64,000 nucleotides of DNA from Selaginella moellendorffii (Eukaryota > Plantae > Lycopodiophyta). Below, in pieces: positions 22,429 to 34,787 of this stretch (position 1 is the stretch's first letter; every line of letters begins with the position of its first letter). The notes beneath the pieces were generated by a model. The model did no database searches, had not been told where the DNA came from, and saw only the letters and a list, made by a program, of their open reading frames with translations. The position numbers and the translations under genes are program-made. The stretch is taken from positions 868,001-932,000 of the forward strand of contig NW_003314261.1 in NCBI RefSeq assembly GCF_000143415.4, read 5' to 3'.

Positions 22429-23579
22429 TCTTCATCACATCACAATCTGTCTGGAACACACAAGAGCGTTACTGACCAAAGCAAGAGAAAGAAAACAAGC
22501 TCACCACCTTACCGGTCGATAATGCCGGACATCTTTCCCAAGGCAAAAAGCATCCTCGTCGTCCTGTTCCCTGCTTTCAATTGGGGATCTCTTCCATAAA
22601 TGCGGCCCCTCGTCCGGATCGAAAGCTGGCACCACTTTGAGAATGAGGCAGTCGAGGCTGAGCGAGCGATCTGGGAGTGGCCACTCTGGAGTGTTGTTCC
22701 TTCTAGCAACGTACTAGAGATATCTCAGCTGCGATGGCATCGGATTGAGTGGAGTGAGCAGCTGCATGGGAGCCTCCCGGTGGAGCATATCAAGTGTCTT
22801 GAATTCGCCCGTGTACATCTTCCTGTAGATGAGAAAGCTGGTGAGAATGAACGCCAGCAGCGGCCATCCCCCCCTCTTGCAGTGCATCAGGACGATGTTT
22901 TGCTGCCCCTCGAGTGAGAGCCAACTATCGCTGGATTGCAGGAAGTGATGGATCATCTCCATGGGAAGAATTGGATGTTGCTGAACATTGCTGCTCAAGA
23001 AAACTTGGAAGTCGAGCAGATGGACATCACCACAGCTTTTCTGAATGGAGATCTACATGAGGAGGTCTTTATCTCGCAACCAGAGGGCTTTGTTGTTCCA
23101 GGGAAGGAACATTTAGTGTGCAGATAATTCATCTTTGAAAAATTACTGGATCCTTGTAGCGGCGTGGATAATCCATCACTGTCATATCGTAGTGCGATAA
23201 CATCTCTGTCAGCTGGCTCTTCCTCTCACCCTCCGGGAAGTTAAAGACGAGGAAGGACGAATCGGGGAACTGCTCGTGGATTTGCATCGCGATCTGGCGC
23301 AAGTAGTGCTTGTAAGTCTCCTCCTCGAAGATGTCCGCGGAGAAACACGAGTCAAAGACTGGATTCACAAAAGAATGGGTGAATGTGCTGGGAATGGAGA
23401 TTGGAATGTATGAGGAGAGATTGGAATGTAACACATTTGGACTAAAAGCTTCAACTTGAAAGGTTGAGAGTAGGAGTGGAACTCCCAACAAAGAGCTCGA
23501 GGAACAAGCACGAAACAAGCAATAAGCGAGGCTCCAAAAAGGGACCCAAAAGGACCAACACATGACACGTGGAAGAGTG

Positions 23580-24030
23580 CAAGATGGACCCGAGTTGAAG
23601 TCCGAGATGGAGTCCGAGATAGACCGAAGTGGAGTCCAATATGGACCCAGATGGAGTCCGAGATGGACCCGAGGTGGAGTCCGATATGGAGTCTGATATG
23701 GACTGAGATGGAGTCCGAGATGGACCTGAGATGGAGTCTGAGATGGAGTTCGAGATGGACCCGAGGTGGAGTACGAGATGGAGTCTGATATGGACCGAGA
23801 TGGAGTCCGAGATGGACCCGAGGTGGAGTCCGAGAAGGACCCGAGATAGAGTCCGAAGTCGAGACCGAGACTGAGACTGAGCCTGACACTGAGACTGAGA
23901 CCGGGACTGAGATCAAGACTGGGACCAAGATTGAGATCGAGACCAAGGCCGAGGCCGAGACCGAGCCCAAGCCCGAGTCCGAGTCCGAGTCTGAGTCCGA
24001 GTCCGAGTCCGAGTCCGAGTTCAAGTCTGA
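23580..24030 (+). repeat. Minisatellite in LTR-B: GATGGACCCGA/GATGGAGTCCGA units, then (GAGACC)n/(GAGTCC)n
   Basis: Directly visible; homologous arrays at ~35025-35410 and ~38180-38620. Confidence 0.9.
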
Positions 24031-24293
24031 GAGGGTGAAAGCCCAAAGCGTTCGTTTCCCAGACCTTGGGGGGTTTGGTGAGCTCCAAAAGTATAGTAAG
24101 GGGGAGGACTGCAGTGGAACCAGTTTGGCCAGGAAAGGCTAGTTTGGCCCAGGAAGGCTGTATCCAGTGTTGGGTGATGAGCTGCCCACTGGGAAGTCCA
24201 AGACTAGAGTGAACACAGGCCGACAAGCAGGTTGGCTTGATGAAGTGTTCAAGAGCCTTCTCTAGTTCCCCCGGGAGATCGATTGGCCGATGC

Positions 24294-25448
24294 TGTAGCG
24301 CACGTGGTTTTGACCCTTTATCCTATGGTGATTTACCATAGGATAACACCACGAAGCGGAACCTAAACCCTCTTTGTGCCACGTGACAGATGCCACGTGT
24401 CACATGCCACGTGTCCATGCCACGTGTCCATAGGAACCTGAGGTTCAGGGCCTTGGGCCACTGAACGAAGAAACGGTGCCAAACTCCCAAGCGTGGAGCC
24501 AAGGAGTGATGGAACCGGACCACGGAGCAACTCCCGAGCATATGGCCCAAGGAGCAAAGGGACAGGAGCCTGGAGCAACTTGGAACAGTCCTGGAGCAAC
24601 CAGCATCCCAATGCCAGAACTAACACGCAAAACGGAGCCAAACAGAGCCAAACGGAGTTTAGCGCTATTTCGGCATACCGGTGGCCTAACGTGAGGATAT
24701 GGGTACTCCACCAGCTAGCATGGAATGGAACTTGGGCTTAGACCCAAGCCGGACGCAGAACAAGGACAGGCACGCAAGCGGGAGCTAGACTATGCCTCAG
24801 GTTGGTCGGCCATGCCCGACCTACCCACTATCCCTACTATACATTTGGAACCTCCCACAGCCCCCCCCCTTTGAGGAACACACGCTTTGGGCTTTCACCC
24901 CAAGCCTCCTTTAGTACCAGGAGTTAGTCTCTGGGACAAGCTCAAAACTTATTAAATATGGAATGTCCTTAGATTGTGAATTTGGACACGGGACGAACAC
25001 TATTGTGTTCGGGCCGATCTCTACATTCCGTAGATATGCCAAATGAGCAAATCTAGACACTTTCCAGAAATAGCATTTAGGACCGAAATGAGACTAACAC
25101 AAAGGGCATGATAGCGAGGGTGTTTGGCAAACACGGTAAGCTATCATCGAGCGATATTGAGGGACCAAGCTCAATATCGCGGGGGTTCCCAACACTAGCA
25201 AGTGCAAGTCAACGAATGAGTTTCTCTAACCAGGTCAAGTATGCTTGACTAAATAGACACTTAGGAATTCCTTCCTTATGCTCATCTGGTCAAGTGCACA
25301 CGCGAGGATTAGTTTCTCAACTAGCTTAGGCAGAGACTGATAACGGGTCCAGCAATACCGACTTCTTGCCATCGTGGCAATAAGGTAAGAGTGTCCGTAA
25401 GGACTAGCCGACAGGTAACTTTTGATACCCGAAGTCACATTCGCGACA
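24294..25448 (-). repeat. Element C 3' LTR (with ~195-bp internal deletion)
   Basis: Colinear with 30341-31678 except for the missing ~30606-30802 segment and one extra GCCACGTGTC unit. Confidence 0.93.
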
Positions 25449-28400
25449 CTCTCTCCCCCTTGGGAAGATCGACGTCCTCGTCAATGCATACTCCAGTCTA
25501 GAATACCGCCAAGGAAACAACTCCAGAAAAAGTTCACGGTACTCACACTATGTGAGAAATGCACCAACTTAAATGAGTTAAGGGGGCAACCTCTTTGTCT
25601 AACGCGGATGCGCTACCAGCTTAGACACCTTTCGGCCGTCGCCGACAAGGAAATGACTAACGGAGTCAGCCACCCTTGTTGCTCTGGGAGTCACCCAGCT
25701 TACAAAAGTGTGATATGCCCCTGCCCGCAGGAACATAGAGAGAGAAGCCAGAGGCCCCAACCCTCCTAAGCAAAGAAACCAAACCCGTCGGTAAGGTTTA
25801 GATAGACTACTGTAAACAGGCAGTTAGAGTTGTTTACACGGTCACGCCCTTTCAACGGAATAAGGAACATCGACAAAGAGGCGGGTTATGTGACCAGTCG
25901 ACAGTAGCTACCCCATGACTAGAGATTTCACCATGCACACGAAGTGCCGAAGCCAGTCTGCCTATACTGGCCCAAACTCAAAGATCAATAGATGGACAAT
26001 ATCAAAGTCAGAGACAATGATATCTGAGAAGCTTAATTACTAGTGATTATATTTTAGAGTAGAACACAAAAGTATTCTAAACAAGTTATCATCCGATAAA
26101 CTAGTATTACAGTATAGGAATCACCATGATCATTATAATTGGTAAACATAGGAGTCACCATTCAACAAAATTCAATAGCAAGTAGATCATCAAGGAAACT
26201 CAATGATAAAACTGAACTACCAAAAATGGCAGATAGCATGCCAAACAACTCACAAAACATAACTCAAAGAACACAAAGTATCATTGACTAACAAGCACAA
26301 TGCTCGTGAATGTATCACCCGAAGGAAATAACATCTTAATCTATGAGAACTAACTCGAGCAATAATCAACAGAACAAAATGAATGTTGCAAAGCAAACAA
26401 ACGCTTGTTCATATCAACTATTACATTAGCCAATCCGAATAGATCCCAGCCAACAACACTAAGGAACTCAAGTTGCCTAAGCAAGTGTCAGCAACATCCT
26501 ACTGACGTCTCAAACCCAAGAGATCAATCCAGAGCAAAACACAAAGAACATGTGGTATTGCGAAAAGCCAAAAGCTATCAAAGAGAACAACCAACTATCA
26601 TGAAAGATCGTCAATTAGCCCATCAATGTAGTGATGTATAATCATCGTTGAAGAAAGAATCTACCATCCCGAAGAATAGCAAATAATTCCAAACCAATAA
26701 TAATCAAGCAAAACTTGTGATAAGGATAATCAACTACCCTAGATGATAGTCAATCATCACCAATGATTGCCAGATGCAAAGCTAACTTCAACATCGAAGT
26801 TAATGAGCCAAAATGCCTTCCCCAACAACTTCTAACAAATGGAATAATGAGCATAAAACTCAAAGAACCAAAGCTCGAAGAAGCCTATAGCCAAGTCTTG
26901 CTTAATAATGATCACGAGTCTCATAGAAGCTAACTTCAATGCTAAAGAAGAAATCATGGTGCAACCCACAATGTCTTCTTCAACACATCCATAAGCCAAA
27001 CTTCATAATGCCAAAGTTAATGAAGAGCATTTCTGCATCAATCCAAAAGCTAAGCACAATGGAGCTATGCTCAACAAGTGATCACTAAATGATCCTCCAT
27101 GAATTCATCTATAGCAAGACGTAACTCACGTCGTAACAAGCACAAGGGAATCATCAATGATCAATATAGTCCAATTTAAACCCAATAAGGATTCAAACTT
27201 CCCAATATCGATCACTAATTCTTCCGCTTGTAGAGTTAGCATAGTCCACGATTGAATCACTTTTCAAGGAAAAGCTAAAGCTCAACCCCTACTAAACAAT
27301 CTCATCTAGAACACAACTAACTCAACTTGCTACTCAATTCATTTGAACGTCAACACAGTTGCTAACTAGCAAATGCATGAATGCCAACAACACAAAGCTA
27401 AAGCCAAATCATCAACACTATTTTTATCAGAACTAATGAAACTCAATATCAATCCTACAGAGAGACATTTCATTTCACTTGAATCTCAATACCAACAATG
27501 TCAATGACAAGGCATCACTTCAATGCCATCAACACCAAAACAAAGCTAGAAGAAAGCACGAGTGAATCACCACTCAAAACTCTCCAGCAACCAAGCTAAC
27601 CAAAGTCGAAGATACTTTAGTCAGTATCTGAGACCAATCCTTCAACAAAACTCAGTTACAGATAACACTTCATCAAGGAGTGATTCACCACGTCCAAGAC
27701 TTAATGAAATCTAACACCACGAACTAAACGCAACCAAATGATATCAACAAAGATAGAGTCGATATGCCAACATGGAAAACCCATGTAAGTCTAACGATAC
27801 GATCCTTTGCAACACCATCCGGTAAAACAAGCCCATCACTGCTAAATCATCATCGAGCAAAGCAAGTATCAACAGTCTTTTTGACAAAGTCTACAAGTAA
27901 TCACTAGTCGCAAAGCAACTAACAATCACCCTTCAACTTGCCTTCACAAGACCCGAACACTAACTCATGTCATTGAGTTACATACTTGTCCAATATGAAC
28001 ATAATACCCCAGGTACGAGATAAAAGTTCATAGACAAGCACAAACTAAATGACCACTCGAATCCAACTCAACCGCAATAAACTCACTAATGCATTTAGTC
28101 AATAGCTCTGAGCATGCCTTGAAGAGGCTAGCTATGTGATCAACACTCAGTCGAAACTAAAGTGAAGACCATGAGATGGACTCATATCGGTACACAACTT
28201 CCTCATAGACAAAGCTATAGTAGGGGTACTAACATCTCAACCTCAAACAACTAAGTTGGACATCACCATCCTCAACCAAGGCACAGGGCCACCAAGACCA
28301 AGTCAAGATCAGTGAGAGCTCACTACTCTCGTAGAGTCTAACATAATGCAAGGTGCAACCTGCCACCAAGCACAATGCTACAAAAGAAAGGCACAAGGGT

Positions 28401-30340
28401 CACCTTTCTTAGAAAAGTGCAACAGCCACTTTTCTACACCAACTCCAAACTCTATCCAACTCAATTGCTTTAGCCCCAAAAGTTAACATCCCTTTCAGAT
28501 TGCATCATACAAACTACCTACTAAGATCTAAGCCAACCGAAGTCAACTCCAACCCCTTCACTAGTTTGTACTGGCTTTCGAAAACGGAATGGTTTTCGAG
28601 CAAAGTGACCGATAGATCAGCCATTAAAAAAGCCTAAGAAAATTTGTGGAAAACTTTCTATCCTAGAGAAAGAATGACTCTCAGTCCAGGAATGCAAACT
28701 TTCACGACTCAACCAACTTCCTCCTACAAACAACTTCACATAGATTCACCTCAACACAAATTCTCATCACCCATAATATGCTTAAACATCGAACATCTTT
28801 TTGCCCATACTTCCGACATCCGTAAAATGTAAATGGAACATCCAAGGCTTGATCACGAAGACCACATCTTCAGATATCCACATTGCACTAACACTCTTCT
28901 TCAACCACCTTCAAGATCCAATGTGAAGCCAAAACACTAACAAGAAAAATGACATGGAAAATCAAGCTCTAAGGAAACTTCCTCATCACTTGAAATAACA
29001 ATGCCACCTCCACTAACACAAGTGCTAGTGATGTCAATGCCCTAACTACACATCTTCTCCATCCAACAATCTACTCCAAGTGCTAACAGATCAACCAACA
29101 AGCCATAGCAAATGAATGCTATAACCCTTTTCCAACACCTAATGGGCAAACTCAAGGAAACAAGGTACCAACTTAAGCTTAGCATAATGAACGGGGTTGA
29201 TCATCATTTAACCAAGCAACTTCGTAAACACATTGCTCATTATCACATGGATATGATATAGAAATCACAATGACTTGATCATCAATTGAGCAACACCACA
29301 AGCAATGCCAATGTCATTACTTCAAAGGTTTATGTGAGTATCAAGTGCCAACTGAATTCGACAAAATGCAACATAAATGCCATACTCCACCGACAAAGAT
29401 TTATAACACCCAACATCACTAACTTTTGTTCACAACACGGACAAGCTCATGCCACTCTCTTTCCGACCAAATTCAACACTAATCCAACACCAAGCTACTC
29501 AAGGAGCAATAGCAAGATTCCCCGGAAAAGAATTGAGCATTGCAACCCAAGTCTTCCAATAGCAAGCTTAGACAAAATGGTATAGCACTTCACCACTATC
29601 CATCCCACAACTCACCATTGTAAGACCACCATCTCCAACATGCATCAAGATAGGGACTTTTGATTGCATAATGTGAAGACAAGCAATGAGTTAACACCTC
29701 ATTGCAAATCATCTCTCCAAGAAGAGAAAATGATTTACGTATTTGATCCTCCGTCCTCGATAACTCTCTTTTCGATCTCATCTTTGACCAAACCTCAAGC
29801 TTGCTTTCGCACTGCCTTCAGTTCAATCCAAGAAAAGTTTATGAGAGAGCACGGCAATGATTACTTGAACCAATAGACTATTCCCTACAGTCTTGATTGA
29901 TCCAATTATAATCATGCCTAGGAAGGATCCACTAGTGCCGTGCTAAACAACTACGGACCAGCCTATTTGCCACTCATAGCAAACCCAAGGAAAGTTTATT
30001 TTCACCCATGGTACATGGAACAACTCATGGAACCACCGATAGGCTAACATTAATCCTGCCAACTCAAAGTGTAACCTCGAGTTGCTAATACGCCTCACTC
30101 ATGAGCCCAAGCGCAAACTCGTGTAAAGGAACAACTCAGTCCACCCTATGAGCCCAAGAGCAAGCTCACATAATATGGAACAAAAAGGTAACCAAAACCT
30201 ATCCCAAGGAACCAATGTGAAGTCTTTGCACCAAAATGTGTACCCACTCGGATCATCGTTTTCATCTCTGCGTATGCAACGAGACTAGTTGCCCAATCTC
30301 ATTGGATAGTACTCGCCGAGACTCATTCTCTGATACCAAA

Positions 30341-31678
30341 TGTAGCGCACGTGGTTTTGACCCTTTATCCTATGGTGATTTACCATAGGATAACACCACG
30401 AAGCGGAACCTAAACCCTCTTTGTGCCACGTGACAGATGCCACGTGTCACATGCCACGTGTCCATAGGAACCCGAGGTTCAGGGCCTTGGGCCACTGAAC
30501 GAAGAAACGGTGCCAAACTCCCAAGCGTGGAGCCAAGGAATGATGGAACCGGACCACGGAGCAACTCCCGAGCATATAGCCCAAGGAGCAAAGGGACAGG
30601 AGCCCGGATGTAAGCTCCTGAGTTTGGACTTCCCGGGAGGTCACTCAGCCCAGTACTATTCAAACCCAAGGACGCTTAACCCCAAATATCCCAAGACCCT
30701 TAACCGATTGGAAAAGGGGGTGCACTCTTGTTCATGGGCCCTTTCCCTCTATATTTGAACCCCATGGATCGTCTCTCAAGTCATTCCCTTTGGTTGCTTA
30801 CACCGGAGCGACTTGGAACAGTCCTGGAGCAACCAGCATCCCAATGCCAGGACCAGCACGCAAAACGGAGCCAAACGGAGTTTGGCGTTATTTCGGCATA
30901 CCGGTGGCCTAAGTGAGGATATGGGTACTCCACCAGCTAGCATGGAATGGAACTTGAGCTTAGACCCAAGCCGGACGCAGAACAAGGACAGGCACGCAAG
31001 CGGGAGCTAGACTATGCCTCAGGTTGGTCGGCCATGCCCGACCTACCCACTATCCCTACTATACATTTGGAACCTCCCACAGCCCCCCCCCCCCCCCCCT
31101 TTGAGGAACACACACTTTGGGCTTTCACCCCAAGCCTCCCTTAGTACCAGGAGTTAGTCTCTGGGACAAGCTCAAAACTTACTAAATATGGAATGTCCTT
31201 AGATTGTGAATTTGGACACGGGACGAACACTATTGTGTTCGGGCCGATCTCTACATTCCGTAGATATGCCAAATGAGCAAATCTAGACACTTTCCAGAAA
31301 TAGCATTTAGGACCGAAATGAGACTAACACAAAGGGCATGATAGTGAGAGTGTTTGGCAGACACGGTAAGCTATCATCTAGCGATATTGAGGGACCAAGT
31401 TCAATATCGCGGGGGTTCCCAACACTAGCAAGTGCAAGTCAACGAATGAGTTTCTCTAACCAGGTCAAGTATGCTTGACTAAATAGACACTTAGGAATTC
31501 CTTCCTTATGCTCATCTGGTCAAGTGCACACGCGAGGACTAGTTTCTCAACTAGCTTAGGCAGAGACTGATAACGGGTCCAGCAATACCGACTTCTTGCC
31601 ATCGTGGCAATAAGGTAAGAGTGTCCGTAAGGACTAGCCGACAGGTAACTTTCGATACCCGAAGTCACATTCGCGACA
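30341..31678 (-). repeat. Element C 5' LTR
   Basis: Next to the PBS; TG...CA ends. Confidence 0.93.
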
Positions 31679-34600
31679 GATGCTCCCAATCCAAGTGTGG
31701 GTGGCACTACCTACTTGGATAACAGGCGTGGCTCAACGGAACCTCACTCTAATCCCATGGCTAGAGCACCCAAAGGCAGAAGGCAGGGAGAGTATCCACA
31801 AGGCTTGTGTAAGGCCATGGTGTTCCAAAATGTTGCCCCAAGGTCCCAGACTGTGAAAAGGAAGTGGAACCGTCCTATAGTGTAGAGACCAAGGATACGG
31901 TCATGTGAGGAGAAAGTCCCAGAGGACCATGGGACTTAGTGGTCGGGCAATATGTGCAAACACGACCATGGGTAGAAAGGGACTTGGTGGGGAACAGAAA
32001 GGGGATATTGGGGAAGGCTATCCTCCATGTCTATGGGCATCCTAAGGGTGCTAAGGAGTGGATCTGGGATGATCACTCATGGACGGATAGCCCAGTCTTT
32101 GAGAGATGGGACTGTGATGTAGGTGGTGTTAAACCACCGATGTGACCAAGGTGAATGGGCATGGCCTTAGCGTAACGGGCTGATATGTTAGTGGTACCTT
32201 AGGGTGTCGGTCATGGGATCGGACATATGTAGCACTTGGACCAAGTGCAAAGGTTGACTGGTGGGAATGCCATTCTCGAGGCTAGCAAGCCCAAGTCCGA
32301 AATAGGACTTATGGAGGTTGTGAGTGAGACTTCTCCAAGTGGTCGAAGGTGTGGTTAAGTGGCTAAAGTAGAATGGAAAAATTAGTCGCTTACAACTTGG
32401 TATCGGAGCTGTTCCTTAGTCTGACTTTTATTGGTGCTCAAGTATATCACCACTTGTGTTGGTATCGGAAGGTCCTAGGAGTGAGCCTATCCTTGAGGAG
32501 TAGCAAGTCGGGAAGATATGGCTCTCCACTCAAGTTCATGTGTGAACTTGTAGGTGAGGTGGTGGATAGAAAAGGGCCAATAATAGAACGACTTTGGGAT
32601 CTTGGGAACAATGTAAAGTTTTCCTCATTGAGTTGAGGATGTGATCCAGATGAGTGTTTGACTCAGCAAACTAACTAATGTAGTTGTGGTCACGGGGAAG
32701 ATAGAGACTCCAAAAACGATAAAGGAGTCACAAGATTATCCTCATATAGTTGAGGTTGGTGCTCATGAATGTGAGACCAGAATTAATGACCATGGGAGGT
32801 CAAATATGAAAGAGGACACAAATCCTTGAAATGGTAGCTGGGGCTACCTCTAATAAATGCTTGAACAACCTAAGGAGTTAGGGGTGTACTCAGAGGATGA
32901 GTTGGTATTCTCATCATGTGGACAAGTACAAAAGGTTGCCCCACGAGAATAAATCAAGTGTCAGAGTAACACTTGCAAAGATGGTCCTTGTGAGTAGGAC
33001 CTGAATACAAGAAGTTGTATTTCAGTGAGCTAGCACCTCAAAAGTAGAACTTCACGGGTCATTGGATGATAAAGTCCAAAAAGCTGGATGACTCAAATAG
33101 AGTCAAGGAATAATCTTAAAGGATTGATGGAAAAATTTGGATTGAGGTGTGTGGTGCCCCATGAAGGATGCGGGGGGGGGAATAATAGAATCCAAGTATG
33201 AGAAAAGAGGGTATCTCATCGATGGCAAAATGTGCTATGCTAAAGTCATGGGAAAGAGTTTCCTGGAAGAAGATAATTTTGACACAAAGTTGTGCATGAA
33301 CTCTATGATGTAGTGCTAATAGATAGTTAGTATGAGAAACACTGTATTAGTTTTGGCAAAGACCTAGACACTAATAAGTAGTGTTATAAAGATAGGCTCA
33401 TGGAGCCAATGGTGTGACCAATGGAAATGGGAATGGCATAGCCTAAGCTGGAAGGCATGTGGTTAGAGTATGGTGACCTAAATAATGATGGAGGTGTGGA
33501 AGCATCAGCAAAGAGTTGTAAGGCTTGATAACTAAGAGGAAACTAAGCAAAAGGTGCAAAATAATTGGTTAAGTTAGTAAGAAGTAACTACCTAAGACTT
33601 CTTATGGGGATAAAGAAGTTAGATATACCCTTATGGGGGAGAAACTACTTATATTGTGAAATAGTAAGTCAATGTCATAAAGAGAATGCTCATTGCCAAA
33701 GAAGGCCATCATTGGGATACGTAAACGCTCTAAAACACCAGGAAGTGGTATTTGGTGTCGTGAAAGCATTAGATAAGGCCCAAGGGATTAAGTCCCTAGC
33801 AAATGATGGGTAGGAGGTGCTATCACAAATGTCCAAGGCTCTAAAGATGGGAAAAATCTGTCTATCTGATTTGGACAAAGCCAAAAATGGGATTTTGGCA
33901 AGGCTAGTGATGGGCATATAGAGGCCCATAAATAGCAACGTTAATCCCAGTGTGTGGGATTATAAGGTGTGCATGCCCAAATTGAGGAACCACTCCCTAA
34001 GCTATTGGGTAAGTTCATCCCTATGAATACTTGCTAAAGCATGGTAGAAGGTGCAAAGTTATCCTCTTAGTTTGGAGGAGAATAACCAAAAGAAACATAT
34101 GAGGCCAAAAGGCAAGTAGTATTGGGATGGAATTGAACCATAGAAATCGAAAGACATAACCAATGGTGGTTATGCAAATTGGGAGTGGAAAATCAAAAGG
34201 GTGCTCAAGAATGTTGCTACTAGCAATTGCAATGCCATGAAGAGTTTAAAATATGGAATTATCCATGTTAGACCATATGGTGAGTAGGGAGCTTGCAAAG
34301 GAGAAACCTTAGCAAGCTAAGGAACAGAGTTCCTTAAAGGTTCTCGAAGACAATTCTAGGTAGATAAGTACCTAGAAAGCCAAGTGTAAATGGTTTCTAG
34401 AGCGCGCAAAATCAGAGTGGCACAGCAGAAGCGTGGTCTTGAAGTTGCCTATGAGGTGAGGCTATCAAAGTTGGGAAAGTAGTCCCCGAGTGTTCAAAGA
34501 GAGGGCTTTGAACAAAAGTCAATGGTTAAGGACTTTCACGCTTACGCATGAACCATATCACGCTGGCAGGATGACTTGCTAATCGAGATTGGCAAGTCAG

Positions 34601-34787
34601 GGGAACAAATCCCCTAGTTGAAGGTGCTAACTTCAAAAGGGGTGGCCCATGGGGCCGAGCATGGAGGAGTCCATGCATGATCACAAACTTGTCAAGTGAG
34701 AAGACTTCACAGTGCGGAGGAACTAAGTTCTTAAGCTGTGATCTATAGCACGTTTTGAGTATATGTTGGTGCACCGGCATGGAGAGT

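Larger units (their letters stand above)
18377..23411 (-). pseudogene. Inverted genomic duplicate of formin ~12495-13361, interrupted by a Copia element and filler DNA
   Basis: 18377-18405, 22429-22972 and ~23160-23411 are reverse complements of formin intron 1/exon 2/intron 2/exon 3. Introns are retained and small deletions are present. Confidence 0.92.
24294..31678 (-). mobile_element. Non-coding LTR element C (LARD-like, 7385 bp) inserted in the 5' LTR of element B
   Basis: LTRs TGTAGCGC...TCGCGACA at 24294-25448 and 30341-31678; TSD GATGC at 24289-24293 and 31679-31683 (empty site visible in the other two LTR-B copies); PBS rc at 30328-30338; PPT rc at 25449-25460. The 4.9-kb internal region has no long ORF and no recognisable gag/pol motif. 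Confidence 0.93.

Noticed and set aside
23580-24030. Regularly spaced repeats resembling a CRISPR array
   Set aside because: No unique spacers, no cas genes and a eukaryotic LTR context.
23129-24226. 365-aa GLGLGL-rich ORF and its relatives at 34723-35673 and 37888-38682
   Set aside because: They run through the LTR-B minisatellite, whose 11/12-bp and 6-bp units lack stops on that strand. Several frames are open and the first ORF reads on into the formin pseudocopy, so these are repeat artefacts.
25449-30327. Short ORFs in the interior of element C
   Set aside because: All are short (up to ~115 aa) with no gag, RT or integrase motif.
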